The notes: a model not told the origin generated them from the sequence alone. A DNA stretch of 64,000 bases from Candidatus Altimarinota bacterium (GCA_046314355.1 JBKBWQ010000001.1:992001-1056000), one strand, 5' to 3'. Positions 9,294 to 18,665 are shown, numbered from the stretch's first letter. Numbers and translations are program-made.

Positions 9294-10238
9294 GTGGAAC
9301 ATATGCACATTCCCGTATTAAGGGATGAAATTGAGACATTTTTTTCTTTTAAAGAAAACACTGTCTACGTAGATTGCACAGTTGGTTTGGGTGGACACCT
9401 ACTATCTTTTATAGAGCGAATAGCTACCTTAAAAGAGTGTGTTGGTATCGATATGGATACAGCTCATTTACAAATCGTGAAAGCAAAACTAGATATTGAT
9501 ACTCATAGCAAAGTAGAGGTACATCTTGTGCATAGCAGATTTGAGAATGCTAAAAGTGTACTTGAAAACTTGAACTTAAAGGGCAAGGTCACATCAATAC
9601 TACTTGATCTCGGGATCTGTTCAACTCACGTAGATCATGCTGAGAGAGGTTTTTCATTTAACAAATCTGGTCCATTGGACATGAGATTTGATATCACCTC
9701 AGGACTTACTGCGGCTGATATTGTGAATACATTTTCAGAAAAAGATCTGACTCATATCTTGTTTGAGTATGGAGAAGAAAAACGTGCAAAACAGATTGCA
9801 GCTCTCATTTTAATGCAGAGAAAGCAACAACCGTTTAGTACTACAGATGATTTGAGTTCTCTAATCGCCAAGCATATTCCAAGCTTTGAAAAAAAGCATC
9901 CCGCTACACGCACCTTTCAGGCACTTCGCATTGCAGTGAATGGAGAACTCAAACAAATCTCTCATATTATGAATGACATGTATGAAATACTAGCCCCTGG
10001 AGGAAGAGTAGCAGTAATAAGCTACCATTCCCTTGAGGATAGGATAGTCAAACAGTCTCTAAAGGAATATGCTAAATCCTGTATATGTCCCTTAGAGCTA
10101 CCAAGATGTGTCTGCAGCAGACAACCAAGAATGAACATATTAACAAAGAAACCCATAGAACCAAGCTTTCACGAAATCCAGCAGAACAACCGCTCCCGCA
10201 GTGCGAAACTCCGGGTTGCAGAAAAATCCCTCTATTAA
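9294..10238 (+). CDS. rsmH: 16S rRNA m4C1402 methyltransferase
   Basis: HIPVL, DCTVGLGGH, DLG, RGFSF, PLDMR, HPATRTFQALRIAVN, SYHSLEDR; start may be the ATG at 9303. Confidence 0.97.
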   Translation: MEHMHIPVLRDEIETFFSFKENTVYVDCTVGLGGHLLSFIERIATLKECVGIDMDTAHLQIVKAKLDIDTHSKVEVHLVHSRFENAKSVLENLNLKGKVTSILLDLGICSTHVDHAERGFSFNKSGPLDMRFDITSGLTAADIVNTFSEKDLTHILFEYGEEKRAKQIAALILMQRKQQPFSTTDDLSSLIAKHIPSFEKKHPATRTFQALRIAVNGELKQISHIMNDMYEILAPGGRVAVISYHSLEDRIVKQSLKEYAKSCICPLELPRCVCSRQPRMNILTKKPIEPSFHEIQQNNRSRSAKLRVAEKSLY

Positions 10239-10259
10239 CATTTAATTCAATCATAAAGA

Positions 10260-10619
10260 ATGGCAGCACTCCTTCTCACAACTGGTTCATCCGGAAAACA
10301 AGGTATTAAGAAAAAAACCCTTGCTGAGAGAGTAAGTATTGGTGCTAATTCACTAGTGATTGTGATTATATCTTTGATATGCATGGTAAGTGTTTCATAC
10401 TTACTTCATTCAAATAAGAGTTCAGCTAAGGGATATGTACTTGAACAATTACAGAAAGAGCAAAGAAATTTAGATCAAGACTTAAGTTTTTGGGAGCTTA
10501 AAATAGCCAGAGCAAAATCACTTGAGGCCTTAGAGAAGAGTTCTATTGCACAAAGTATGACAAAAGCAAAGAAGTTAGAGTTTATCAGAGGAGATACGGC
10601 AGTAGCGGTTAATAAATAA
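10260..10619 (+). CDS. FtsL-like bitopic coiled-coil protein
   Basis: One TM helix followed by a heptad coiled coil; directly after rsmH, the usual ftsL position. Confidence 0.65.
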   Translation: MAALLLTTGSSGKQGIKKKTLAERVSIGANSLVIVIISLICMVSVSYLLHSNKSSAKGYVLEQLQKEQRNLDQDLSFWELKIARAKSLEALEKSSIAQSMTKAKKLEFIRGDTAVAVNK

Positions 10620-10632
10620 TTAATAAGTATAT

Positions 10633-10983
10633 ATGAAGAAAGAAATGCATAAACGTAATGAACCTTTTACGTGTATTTTTTGCGGAAAAGATGTACAGCC
10701 AGCAACAAAGAGCTCAAGAAACCACTGTCCATATTGTCTACATTCACTTCATGTGGATGAAAGTACTCCAGGAGATCGACAAAGTCTTTGCGAAGGAATT
10801 ATGCAGCCCACAGGTGTCCAGTTCAATGGCAAGAAACAACAATATCAAATAGAATTCACCTGTGAAAAATGTCATCATAAGCATATGAACATACTTGCAG
10901 ATGATGATGATGCAGGATTAATTGGAGAATTAATGGCTAAATCGAATATGAGAACTGTTGAGAGTAAAAGACATACTAAATAG
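10633..10983 (+). CDS. RNHCP domain zinc-binding protein
   Basis: FTCIFCG, literal RNHCPYCLHSLHVD, PGDR, CEKC. Confidence 0.9.
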   Translation: MKKEMHKRNEPFTCIFCGKDVQPATKSSRNHCPYCLHSLHVDESTPGDRQSLCEGIMQPTGVQFNGKKQQYQIEFTCEKCHHKHMNILADDDDAGLIGELMAKSNMRTVESKRHTK

Positions 10984-10985
10984 AC

Positions 10986-11185
10986 ATAAAGGACTACGAC
11001 TAGACAGTCCTTTATTCTCGAAGAAAGTAAAATGATAGGAAAAGTTGAAATTAATACAGTCTACAAAGCAATATTTGAACCCTTGTGAAAAAGATTCAAA
11101 GTTTCAACAATTTTATTTAGACTGACGAATAAAATTGTTGATTATATAAGAGTCTAGGCAACGTGATATTGTTTCTCTACCCTAA
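10986..11185. ncRNA. Candidate structured RNA of unknown family
   Basis: Three hairpins plus a loop-complementary 7-mer in a non-coding gap; see findings. Confidence 0.4.
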
Positions 11186-11381
11186 CTATATTATATCATA
11201 TCAAGTACATATGATGAGTGTTCTTTGTTCAATATTTCTACTAAAATATTTAGCATCTCTCAAATATAAACTACTATCTTACTATCTTCTTTATTCCTAG
11301 CAATAACACTCCCATTGACTATACTGCACAATCCTTAAAATGATATGTAGCAATTCTATTTTTCTAAACACACAACTGTGT

Positions 11382-12575
11382 ATGAAGAACATTTATAAAA
11401 TAGCAACAGGTTCAGTCCTTACGCTTTCTCTCGTGTTTGTAACAAGCTGCGGACAGCCTCCTAAAGCTGACTCTAATAGCGTCCTTACAGATGCCAGAAC
11501 TAACTTTGCAAACTATATTACTGGCAATTTTGCTACTGATATGCATCTTTCTGAAAGTGGTCAGAGCAAAGGAACATTTACTGCAAACATTACAAGTGAG
11601 AGCGATAAGCTCAATGCAAAAGTAAATGGTACATTTGATGGATCACAGCAGGCAGTACAGAGCGGAACTGGGATGACTCTTAACTCACAGGTAGGGTTGA
11701 ATCTTTCTGCAAATGTAGATAGTACTTCTTTCAAAGGTGAAGGAAAACTTGATGCTGAGCTTCGTGTTCTTGGAGAAAAGCTTTATGTAGTATTGAACGA
11801 TCTCACAGTAAATAGTGCTGATCAGGCTATCCAGACAAACTTTGACAGCCAGATTAAGCCTTTCCTTACTCTCTATAGTAAGAAATGGTTCTTCCTTGAT
11901 CTTGTTGCATTGGGAGGAAGCAGTGCTCAGGTAAAAATCGACGCTGCCGCATATGCAAAAATTGCAGAGCAGGTTAAAGCAAAAGAACTCTTTGATGTAG
12001 TCTCTGAGCTTCCATCTGAAGAAGGTATGTATGTATATAGAGTGAAGCCAAATAAGGAAGGTGTAAAAGCTCTCCTTACTACAGCTGCTACTGTATTAAA
12101 GACACCTAGTATGCCGTCTGATGAAGAGATGAATAAACTTGTAGATGATCTCTCTGCTGAGAACATTACACATAAGCTCTATATCTCTGCTGATAAGGAG
12201 TATAAGAAGTTTGTTACTACAGGAACAATCACTGAAGGAACAGATGTATCTGATATCAATTCTACTATCAACTCAAAGAAAAGAGGAGATATTGAATGGA
12301 CTCTTGTAAACTCTACTAAGTCTAACGGTAGCGAAGATGCTATTACTCTCCATCTAGAGAAGACTGGAGATAAGTATGCAGCAAAGGTAGATGCAAAGAT
12401 GGGATCATCTAAGAGTACTGTTGCTCTTGATGCTAACGGCGACTTCACAAAGAAGGATACAAAGATTGAGGCACCAACAGATGCTCAGGACATCATGGGT
12501 CTTGCTGCAGCACTTTATGGAATGAATTCATCTAGTACTACTGCACCAGCTACTGACGCAGTTCCTGCTCAATAA
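11382..12575 (+). CDS. Predicted lipoprotein, unknown function
   Basis: Signal peptide MKNIYKIATGSVLTLSLVFVTS-C with lipobox; ATG at 11382 chosen over 11340. Confidence 0.8.
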   Translation: MKNIYKIATGSVLTLSLVFVTSCGQPPKADSNSVLTDARTNFANYITGNFATDMHLSESGQSKGTFTANITSESDKLNAKVNGTFDGSQQAVQSGTGMTLNSQVGLNLSANVDSTSFKGEGKLDAELRVLGEKLYVVLNDLTVNSADQAIQTNFDSQIKPFLTLYSKKWFFLDLVALGGSSAQVKIDAAAYAKIAEQVKAKELFDVVSELPSEEGMYVYRVKPNKEGVKALLTTAATVLKTPSMPSDEEMNKLVDDLSAENITHKLYISADKEYKKFVTTGTITEGTDVSDINSTINSKKRGDIEWTLVNSTKSNGSEDAITLHLEKTGDKYAAKVDAKMGSSKSTVALDANGDFTKKDTKIEAPTDAQDIMGLAAALYGMNSSSTTAPATDAVPAQ

Positions 12576-12591
12576 GCTTAAAAGAAATCTC

Positions 12592-12629
12592 AAAAAGCCA
12601 CGTTTCCAAAAGAAACGTGGCTTTTTTTT
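12592..12629 (+). terminator. Intrinsic terminator (possibly bidirectional)
   Basis: AAAAAGCCACGTTTC-caaaa-GAAACGTGGCTTTTTTTT. Confidence 0.9.
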
Positions 12630-12674
12630 AGTAATTTACTAGTATTAGTCATGTAAGTTTACCCTTCATGCACT

Positions 12675-14564
12675 ATGGCTGATTCAGAAGCAATACATAT
12701 AAAGTCTATACTCGAAAGACTCCCCTCTTCTCCTGGTGTTTATCAAATGCTTGATAAGGACGGGAAGGTTATTTATATAGGAAAAGCAAAGAACCTTCAG
12801 AAGCGTGTACGCTCATACTTTCTTAAACAGAAAAATCGAGCAGCAAAGGTAGAAAAAATGGTGAGTGAGATTTGTGACATCAAATATATAGAAGTAACTT
12901 CCGAACTCGAAGCTCTGGTATTAGAAACAAATTATATAAAAGAATATAAGCCAAGATTTAATATCTTGATGCGTGATGACAAAAATTATCAGTATATTAA
13001 GATCACAAAAAATGAGGATTATCCGCGTGTATACACCACAAGAAGACTATTGAAAGATGGAGCTCTTTATTTTGGACCAAAAACAAGCTCATCAAGTGTA
13101 TATCAAACTCTTAAGCTTCTGAGAAAGTTATTTCCATACAGAACATGTAATCTTGAAATAAATGATCTCGGAGATAGTGTAGAGATAAAGAACAAAACAA
13201 TTAAAATTCCATGTATCTATTACCATATAAAGCGGTGTTTAGGTCCTTGTATTAAGCCTTGTAAAAATGAATATGATGAGCTTATTAAAAACATGGCAGA
13301 TTTTTTGAGCGGAGAATATAAAGATATTGTACTCTCTCTCGAGAAAAAGATGGCAGAACAAGCAAATAATAGAAAATATGAACATGCAGCTAAGACACGG
13401 GATATGATCTATTCCGTAAAGAATCTTATGGAAAAACAGCTTGTCGACCAGGCAGATATATCAAAATCACAGGATATCATAGGATGTACGAAAAAAATCG
13501 GAAAGATATTTATTAACCTATTTCAAATCAGATATGGAAAACTGATTGGACAGGAGAACTTTGTCTTAGAAGATTCTGCAAACAAAGATGATAATATAAT
13601 GGAGAGTGATGAGGTACTGCAAACATTTCTTCTGCAATACTATGATGCAGCTACCAGCATTCCTAAAGAAATTATTTTGCCTGAAGAAATTACAGACAAA
13701 GATCTTATAGAAACATGGCTTGAGAATAGACATCCTGGACAAAAGATAAAGCTTCATATACCTCAGCGGGGCACAAAGAATCATCTCGTGGAACTTGCAG
13801 AGCAAAATGCCATATCTTATGCAGAGCAGTACAGGATAAAATGGCAGACAGATCAATCACGCACAAAGGGTGCTTTAAAAGTGCTTGCAGAAGCGATTGA
13901 CCTTCCTTCTGAACTAAAACGTATTGAATGTTATGATATTTCACACTTAAGCGGTACATCCACGGTAGGATCAATGGTAGTCTTTAAAGATGGTCTGCCT
14001 TCAAAAAAAGATTATCGTAGATTCAAAGTTAGACAGACAAAAGAAGGTGAAATAGACGATTTTAAGTCTCTGCAGGAGGTACTATCGCGAAGACTAAAAC
14101 GTATCAAAGAACAAAGTGAGGAAGAGCATGAAGGAGAATCCCTTTATGAGATACCAGATCTAATTATTATTGATGGAGGAAAAGGACAGCTCAGTTCAGT
14201 CATGGAGATTGCTGAGAAACTCGAAGTTGGCATTCCAATAGTGAGTCTTGCTAAGCGTGAAGAAGAGATTTTTCTTCCTGGGCAAAGTATTCCTATCCTT
14301 CTTCCAAGAGAATCAGAGGCACTCTACCTCATACAAAATATTCGGGATGAAGCACATCGTTTTGCGATTACTTATAATCGTAATCTAAGAAGCAAAAATC
14401 TCATCAAATCTCTACTTGATGAAGTGCCTGGAGTAGGACCTGTAGTCAAAAAGAAGCTTCTGAAAGCATTTGGTGATCTGAATGGAATCAAACAAGCTAC
14501 CGAAGAACAAGTAGCAGAGATAATTGGTCCCGCACTTGCACACACTGTCAAAGAATATATTTAA
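12675..14564 (+). CDS. uvrC: Excinuclease ABC subunit C
   Basis: GIY-YIG (PGVY...IYIGKAKNL), ECYDISH, IDGGKGQL, RDEAHRFA, C-terminal HhH. Confidence 0.98.
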   Translation: MADSEAIHIKSILERLPSSPGVYQMLDKDGKVIYIGKAKNLQKRVRSYFLKQKNRAAKVEKMVSEICDIKYIEVTSELEALVLETNYIKEYKPRFNILMRDDKNYQYIKITKNEDYPRVYTTRRLLKDGALYFGPKTSSSSVYQTLKLLRKLFPYRTCNLEINDLGDSVEIKNKTIKIPCIYYHIKRCLGPCIKPCKNEYDELIKNMADFLSGEYKDIVLSLEKKMAEQANNRKYEHAAKTRDMIYSVKNLMEKQLVDQADISKSQDIIGCTKKIGKIFINLFQIRYGKLIGQENFVLEDSANKDDNIMESDEVLQTFLLQYYDAATSIPKEIILPEEITDKDLIETWLENRHPGQKIKLHIPQRGTKNHLVELAEQNAISYAEQYRIKWQTDQSRTKGALKVLAEAIDLPSELKRIECYDISHLSGTSTVGSMVVFKDGLPSKKDYRRFKVRQTKEGEIDDFKSLQEVLSRRLKRIKEQSEEEHEGESLYEIPDLIIIDGGKGQLSSVMEIAEKLEVGIPIVSLAKREEEIFLPGQSIPILLPRESEALYLIQNIRDEAHRFAITYNRNLRSKNLIKSLLDEVPGVGPVVKKKLLKAFGDLNGIKQATEEQVAEIIGPALAHTVKEYI

Positions 14565-14575
14565 TCAAATCTTTC

Positions 14576-15928
14576 GTGGAAATCTTACAATACATATGCG
14601 CATTTCTAGTATTTTTACTGGGAACTTACGCCCTCTTTAGAAACCAGCTTATTATTATCTATATAGGCTTTTTTCTTACTTTACTTGGTCAGCTTGGAAG
14701 ACTTCCTATTCCTATTACAGATATTGGTATACTAATTAGTGATCTCTTTATACCTTGGATAGTCATGTTATGGTTTTTAAAAGAGCTTTTTATTTCAAGA
14801 TCACTGCCTAAGACATCTTTCGGCAGATACATACTTCTATTTCTTCTCGCTGCTTTACTATCATTAGTAATAAATAGTATTGGTCTTCCTGCTTCAGAGC
14901 TTCTTTCCAGCGGCTTTTATCTAGTGCGCTTAATTGCATACCTTCTTTTTTACTTTCTTTGTTTCCAAGTATTACAAAATCCGGAGAATAGAAAAAAAAT
15001 GCTTGGCAGCCTTTATATTACTTCCATTGGATTAGCCATAGCGGGACTTATACAATATTTTCTAGTACCTGACTTTACATCCATGGCGCAATACGGCTGG
15101 GATCCGCACATTGGAAGACTCCTTTCCACATGGTACGATCCAAATTATATTGCTGGTTTCTTCGCTGTCATTATAGGAATACTCACAAGTGCCTGGCTTA
15201 TGAAGAAAGATAAGTGGCTTGATATCTACACTCCAGTAGCAATTATACTTCTATTAGTAGTTTTTGCGCTTACTTTTTCAAGAAGTGGTCTAGTTGCGTT
15301 AGGAGTTGTTGTGCTCTGTATTAGTATACTGAAAGCAAGATCTCTTCTTATTATAGGACTGCTCGGTCTTCTTATAGCAGTTGGTGTTAATGACCGTGCG
15401 CAGGAAAGAGCAATGGGGCTAGTCAACAGTGCTCTCTCAGTAGTTACTGGTTCTCTTGATTATGATCTGGATGCCACATCAAAACTACGTGTCGAGTCTT
15501 GGAATCAATCTATCAACCTTATCGACGGCAATTATCTGACAGGAATAGGATATAATACAATTCAGTATAAAAAACTTACAAAGGGACTAATAACAAGTGA
15601 CAGTATCCACTCTGGAAGCGGTTCTGACTCAAGCTTACTTAATATCTTTATTACAACAGGATGTATTGGGCTTCTACTTTACATGATATTTTATATCCAA
15701 CTTCTTTCTGCAAGTCTTAAACTATACCGCCAAAAAGATATTCCAGATCACATAAGAGGATATGCACTTGGAATATTCAGTTTGATTTGTGCGCTGTTAC
15801 TTCATTCATTCTTTGTAAACAGCCTGCTACTTCCTTTTTTCATACTTATAATGATGCCGTTATTCGCACTGCTTGATCACTATAATATTGAATTTGCACC
15901 TAAAAAATTACTAGAATCTCTTAAATAG
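14576..15928 (+). CDS. O-antigen ligase/Wzy_C-like polytopic membrane protein
   Basis: Many TM helices, R..STWYDPN, LTFSRSG, R...W, GIGY. Confidence 0.8.
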   Translation: MEILQYICAFLVFLLGTYALFRNQLIIIYIGFFLTLLGQLGRLPIPITDIGILISDLFIPWIVMLWFLKELFISRSLPKTSFGRYILLFLLAALLSLVINSIGLPASELLSSGFYLVRLIAYLLFYFLCFQVLQNPENRKKMLGSLYITSIGLAIAGLIQYFLVPDFTSMAQYGWDPHIGRLLSTWYDPNYIAGFFAVIIGILTSAWLMKKDKWLDIYTPVAIILLLVVFALTFSRSGLVALGVVVLCISILKARSLLIIGLLGLLIAVGVNDRAQERAMGLVNSALSVVTGSLDYDLDATSKLRVESWNQSINLIDGNYLTGIGYNTIQYKKLTKGLITSDSIHSGSGSDSSLLNIFITTGCIGLLLYMIFYIQLLSASLKLYRQKDIPDHIRGYALGIFSLICALLLHSFFVNSLLLPFFILIMMPLFALLDHYNIEFAPKKLLESLK

Positions 15929-16705
15929 AATGTTAACGAACATTCCAAGCATCGTATATCCAATAAGAACCTCTGCACCTGAGAGAAACCGCTGTACAAG
16001 TGTATGAGCTGCAAATTCAGGGCTACCTAAAGTTGTAAAATTGAGGATACTATAATAAATATAATCAAATCCAAATCTAGTTTCACCCGGAATGAGCTTC
16101 GCTGTTGCTGTAATATCTACTAGATAGAACAGTATTGAAAAGATAAAGATACTAAGCATCACAGTAATCATCCATCTTTGAATACTTAGTCCAAATTTTG
16201 TAGTGGACTGCAGAATTGAGTAACCAAGATATTTCAAAAACTCATGTTCCAGAAGGAATCTATTTTTTCTAAATATCATCTTTTGATAATATGATCTGTC
16301 TTTTGCTTCCACAAATCCATTGTGTGTATAGAGAGACTCAAGTGTTGCATAATACCTTTCCATAAGCTTATAGAATGCCTTTAGCTGACTGACTTTTATA
16401 CTTCGCTTTCTATCATCCTCTTCGTGCATAATTTCAAGCTTATAGTGCTGCTCCTGAGTAGTAAAATGCTCAGTCATATGCTCATAGTAGGTCTTCGCTA
16501 CAGGGTTTTCAAACGGTATGTGACCTTTAAAAAGCAGTCTTAATAGCAAGTAATAACAGTCGCCACGTTTTTCATGATCATTTTCAGCTGCATTTTTCAG
16601 CTGTTCTTCTATAATATGCTGAGCTTCCTGCACATTTGGATCTTTTGTATGATATCCTTCAATGACTGCAATTGCGTCTGAAAATGAGGAAAGTGATGAT
16701 GACAT
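15911..16705 (-). CDS. Two-TM ion-channel-family (Ion_trans_2-like) protein with soluble N-domain
   Basis: TM-pore helix YYSILNFTTLG-TM; ATG at 16705 chosen because a promoter lies at 16736-16764. Confidence 0.7.
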   Translation of the reverse strand: MSSSLSSFSDAIAVIEGYHTKDPNVQEAQHIIEEQLKNAAENDHEKRGDCYYLLLRLLFKGHIPFENPVAKTYYEHMTEHFTTQEQHYKLEIMHEEDDRKRSIKVSQLKAFYKLMERYYATLESLYTHNGFVEAKDRSYYQKMIFRKNRFLLEHEFLKYLGYSILQSTTKFGLSIQRWMITVMLSIFIFSILFYLVDITATAKLIPGETRFGFDYIYYSILNFTTLGSPEFAAHTLVQRFLSGAEVLIGYTMLGMFVNILFKRF

Positions 16706-16735
16706 AGGATAGGGAAAAAGAATGCGTATCAAAAT

Positions 16736-16764
16736 AGTATATCAGAGATGATACACAGGAACAA
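16736..16764 (-). promoter_or_regulatory. Putative promoter of the channel gene
   Basis: Minus strand TTGTTC-17 bp-TATACT with extended TG. Confidence 0.45.
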
Positions 16765-16791
16765 GGGGGAGGGGGTATAAAAAATAACTAA

Positions 16792-16900
16792 GCTCAGTAA
16801 TTGGGCTCTTATTATTAGACTCACATCATTAAGGCTGCAATTAGAGCCAAATTAATGAGCCTCAATATGCGTCCCTAATTATTGAGCCCAATTACCGAGC
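16792..16900. repeat. Long inverted-repeat element
   Basis: GCTCAGTAATTGGGCTC ... GAGCCCAATTACCGAGC (16/17 complementary) with inner stems. Confidence 0.7.
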
Positions 16901-16963
16901 GTTACTTACTCACTTACTCAATTACTCTTTTACTCTTTCCCTCTCACTTCTCCTCTTTTTTCC

Positions 16964-16992
16964 TTGCACTCTTTTCTACATTATGCTACATT
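16964..16992 (+). promoter_or_regulatory. Putative tRNA promoter
   Basis: TTGCAC-17 bp-TACATT with extended TG, 12 bp before the tRNA. Confidence 0.55.
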
Positions 16993-17004
16993 TTTGCGTG
17001 CTGT

Positions 17005-17080
17005 GGGTTGGTAGCTCAGTCGGTAGAGCAGCGCCCTCTTAAGGCGATGGTCGTGGGTTCGATCCCCACCCGGCCCACCA
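17005..17080 (+). tRNA. tRNA-Lys (CTT)
   Basis: 76-nt cloverleaf: D arm GCTCAGTCGGTAGAGC, anticodon loop CT-CTT-AA, GGTTCGATCC, encoded CCA. Confidence 0.97.
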
Positions 17081-17287
17081 GAATTTTCTAGGAAAATTCA
17101 AGTAATTAGTAACTAGTACTTAGTCTTTAGGAGGCTCTTTTTGTGATAATACACTGTAAGAAAATTCTCCTAAGTACTCAATACTCTCACTATCACTCAC
17201 ACTCCAAGCCCAAGAGTCTCAAACATGACATTTGAGCCTTTTCATACTCATATGCTACAATAGATAGACTTCTCTTGATATTCCCAA

Positions 17288-18163
17288 ATGCGCACCTTTC
17301 AAAATAAAAAAACATTTTGGCTCCTTGCTCTGCTTTTCGTCAGTATTATTTGGGGTACAAGTTTTCTAGTGATTAAACATATCCTTCTAGATGTGTCACC
17401 ATTTAGCTATCTTTCACTTCGGTTTGGAATAGCATTTTTGATTATGCTGCTACTTTACTACAAGAAACTTCGTCATCCTGGAGACCTTTTTTCTTGGGAA
17501 GGACTTATTTCTGGTGTGTTACTCTCAGGAGTGTATATTTTGTCTTCTATAGGTGTAGAATATACTAGTGCTTCAAATGCAACATTTATCACGAATCTCT
17601 TCATGATCTTTACCCCATTTATTGAGGTAGTATTTGCAAAGCATAAATTACAAAGAAAATATCTTTATGCTAGTTTCTTAGGAATATTAGGATTTTTCTT
17701 TATTAGCGGTCTTTCTGATCTTGTTTTTAATGTAGGTGATGGTTTAATGCTGTTGAGTGCAGTGTTTCTATCTATTCACTTTGTTTGCACCGAAAATTTT
17801 ACTCAAAGACGTTCTCCAGAAAATCTTGTCACCACTGAAGCTGGAGTAGTATTTATAACTGCTTTAATCATTGGAACTCTACATGGATCCTTAGCACTTC
17901 CATCCAATATTGATACATACTTACCTATTGCTTACCTTGCTATCTTTTCAACTATTTTAGCATTTGAAATCATTGCTCAGGCAGAGAAGTATATTGAAAG
18001 TACTCAAACAGCAATAATTATTTCACTGCAGGGAGTTTGGGCACTTTTATTCGCTCTAAGTCTTCAGCTGGAAGTACTAACGATACACAAAATTATAGGT
18101 GTAATCATCATGACAGCTGCAATTCTTGTCGCAGAGGCATCTATTAAGAAGACTCCTATATAA
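17288..18163 (+). CDS. EamA/DMT family transporter
   Basis: IWGTSF, LRF, TSASNATFI, GDGLML; about 10 TM helices. Confidence 0.92.
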   Translation: MRTFQNKKTFWLLALLFVSIIWGTSFLVIKHILLDVSPFSYLSLRFGIAFLIMLLLYYKKLRHPGDLFSWEGLISGVLLSGVYILSSIGVEYTSASNATFITNLFMIFTPFIEVVFAKHKLQRKYLYASFLGILGFFFISGLSDLVFNVGDGLMLLSAVFLSIHFVCTENFTQRRSPENLVTTEAGVVFITALIIGTLHGSLALPSNIDTYLPIAYLAIFSTILAFEIIAQAEKYIESTQTAIIISLQGVWALLFALSLQLEVLTIHKIIGVIIMTAAILVAEASIKKTPI

Positions 18164-18222
18164 GACGTATTGCAGTTCTGTAGATCCACGCTATACTTTA
18201 GATAATTTCACATTCCTCTTGT

Positions 18223-18474
18223 ATGAAGTTTCTTTCTTCCCTCTTTGTAGTTATTCTGTTACTCGGCGTAGGTTTTCTGCTTTTTCAGACCTCTATTGTG
18301 CCTCTTTATTCTCAGGAAAAAAGTATCAACAAATCTCTGATTTTTGTTGAAAAGTTTTCTTTTGAAGATAGAAAAGATGCATTCATTGCAAGACTTCAGT
18401 ATTGGTTTCGAGCCGATGATAGCTTTACTACAGCAAGCGGCAATACAATGACCTCAAGTGGTATCTCATTTTAA
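18223..18474 (+). CDS. Small membrane-anchored hypothetical protein
   Basis: N-terminal hydrophobic helix; fits the gap on the operon strand. Confidence 0.6.
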   Translation: MKFLSSLFVVILLLGVGFLLFQTSIVPLYSQEKSINKSLIFVEKFSFEDRKDAFIARLQYWFRADDSFTTASGNTMTSSGISF

Positions 18475-18482
18475 AAGAAAGT

Positions 18483-18605
18483 ATGAAATATATTATTCAA
18501 TCCCTGATCCTTTTCATATTACTGGTTATTTCGATACTTTTTCTTCTTCCAAGTATATCTGATTCTAGAATAGAGATCGATGTACCTACATATACGCAGA
18601 AATAA
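18483..18605 (+). CDS. 40-aa membrane microprotein (absent from the ORF track)
   Basis: Hand translation MKYIIQSLILFILLVISILFLLPSISDSRIEIDVPTYTQK; starts 8 bp after the previous gene. Confidence 0.5.
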   Translation: MKYIIQSLILFILLVISILFLLPSISDSRIEIDVPTYTQK

Positions 18606-18665
18606 CTTCTGGACAATAAAACACATCCTGCATTAGACTGAAATTGAATATTTATAACATGCACT

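Noticed and set aside
9178-9295. CCTACA/CCCAC repeats as MraZ boxes
   Set aside because: Too degenerate and irregular to support
9080-9328. 82-aa ORF upstream of rsmH as a possible mraZ
   Set aside because: No DxKGR motifs, and it overlaps the predicted promoter in AT-rich DNA
16882-17091. 69-aa ORF
   Set aside because: Overlaps tRNA-Lys and its promoter
17005-17300. tRNA-Lys as an island integration site
   Set aside because: No integrase, and I noticed no duplicated tRNA 3' end in the window
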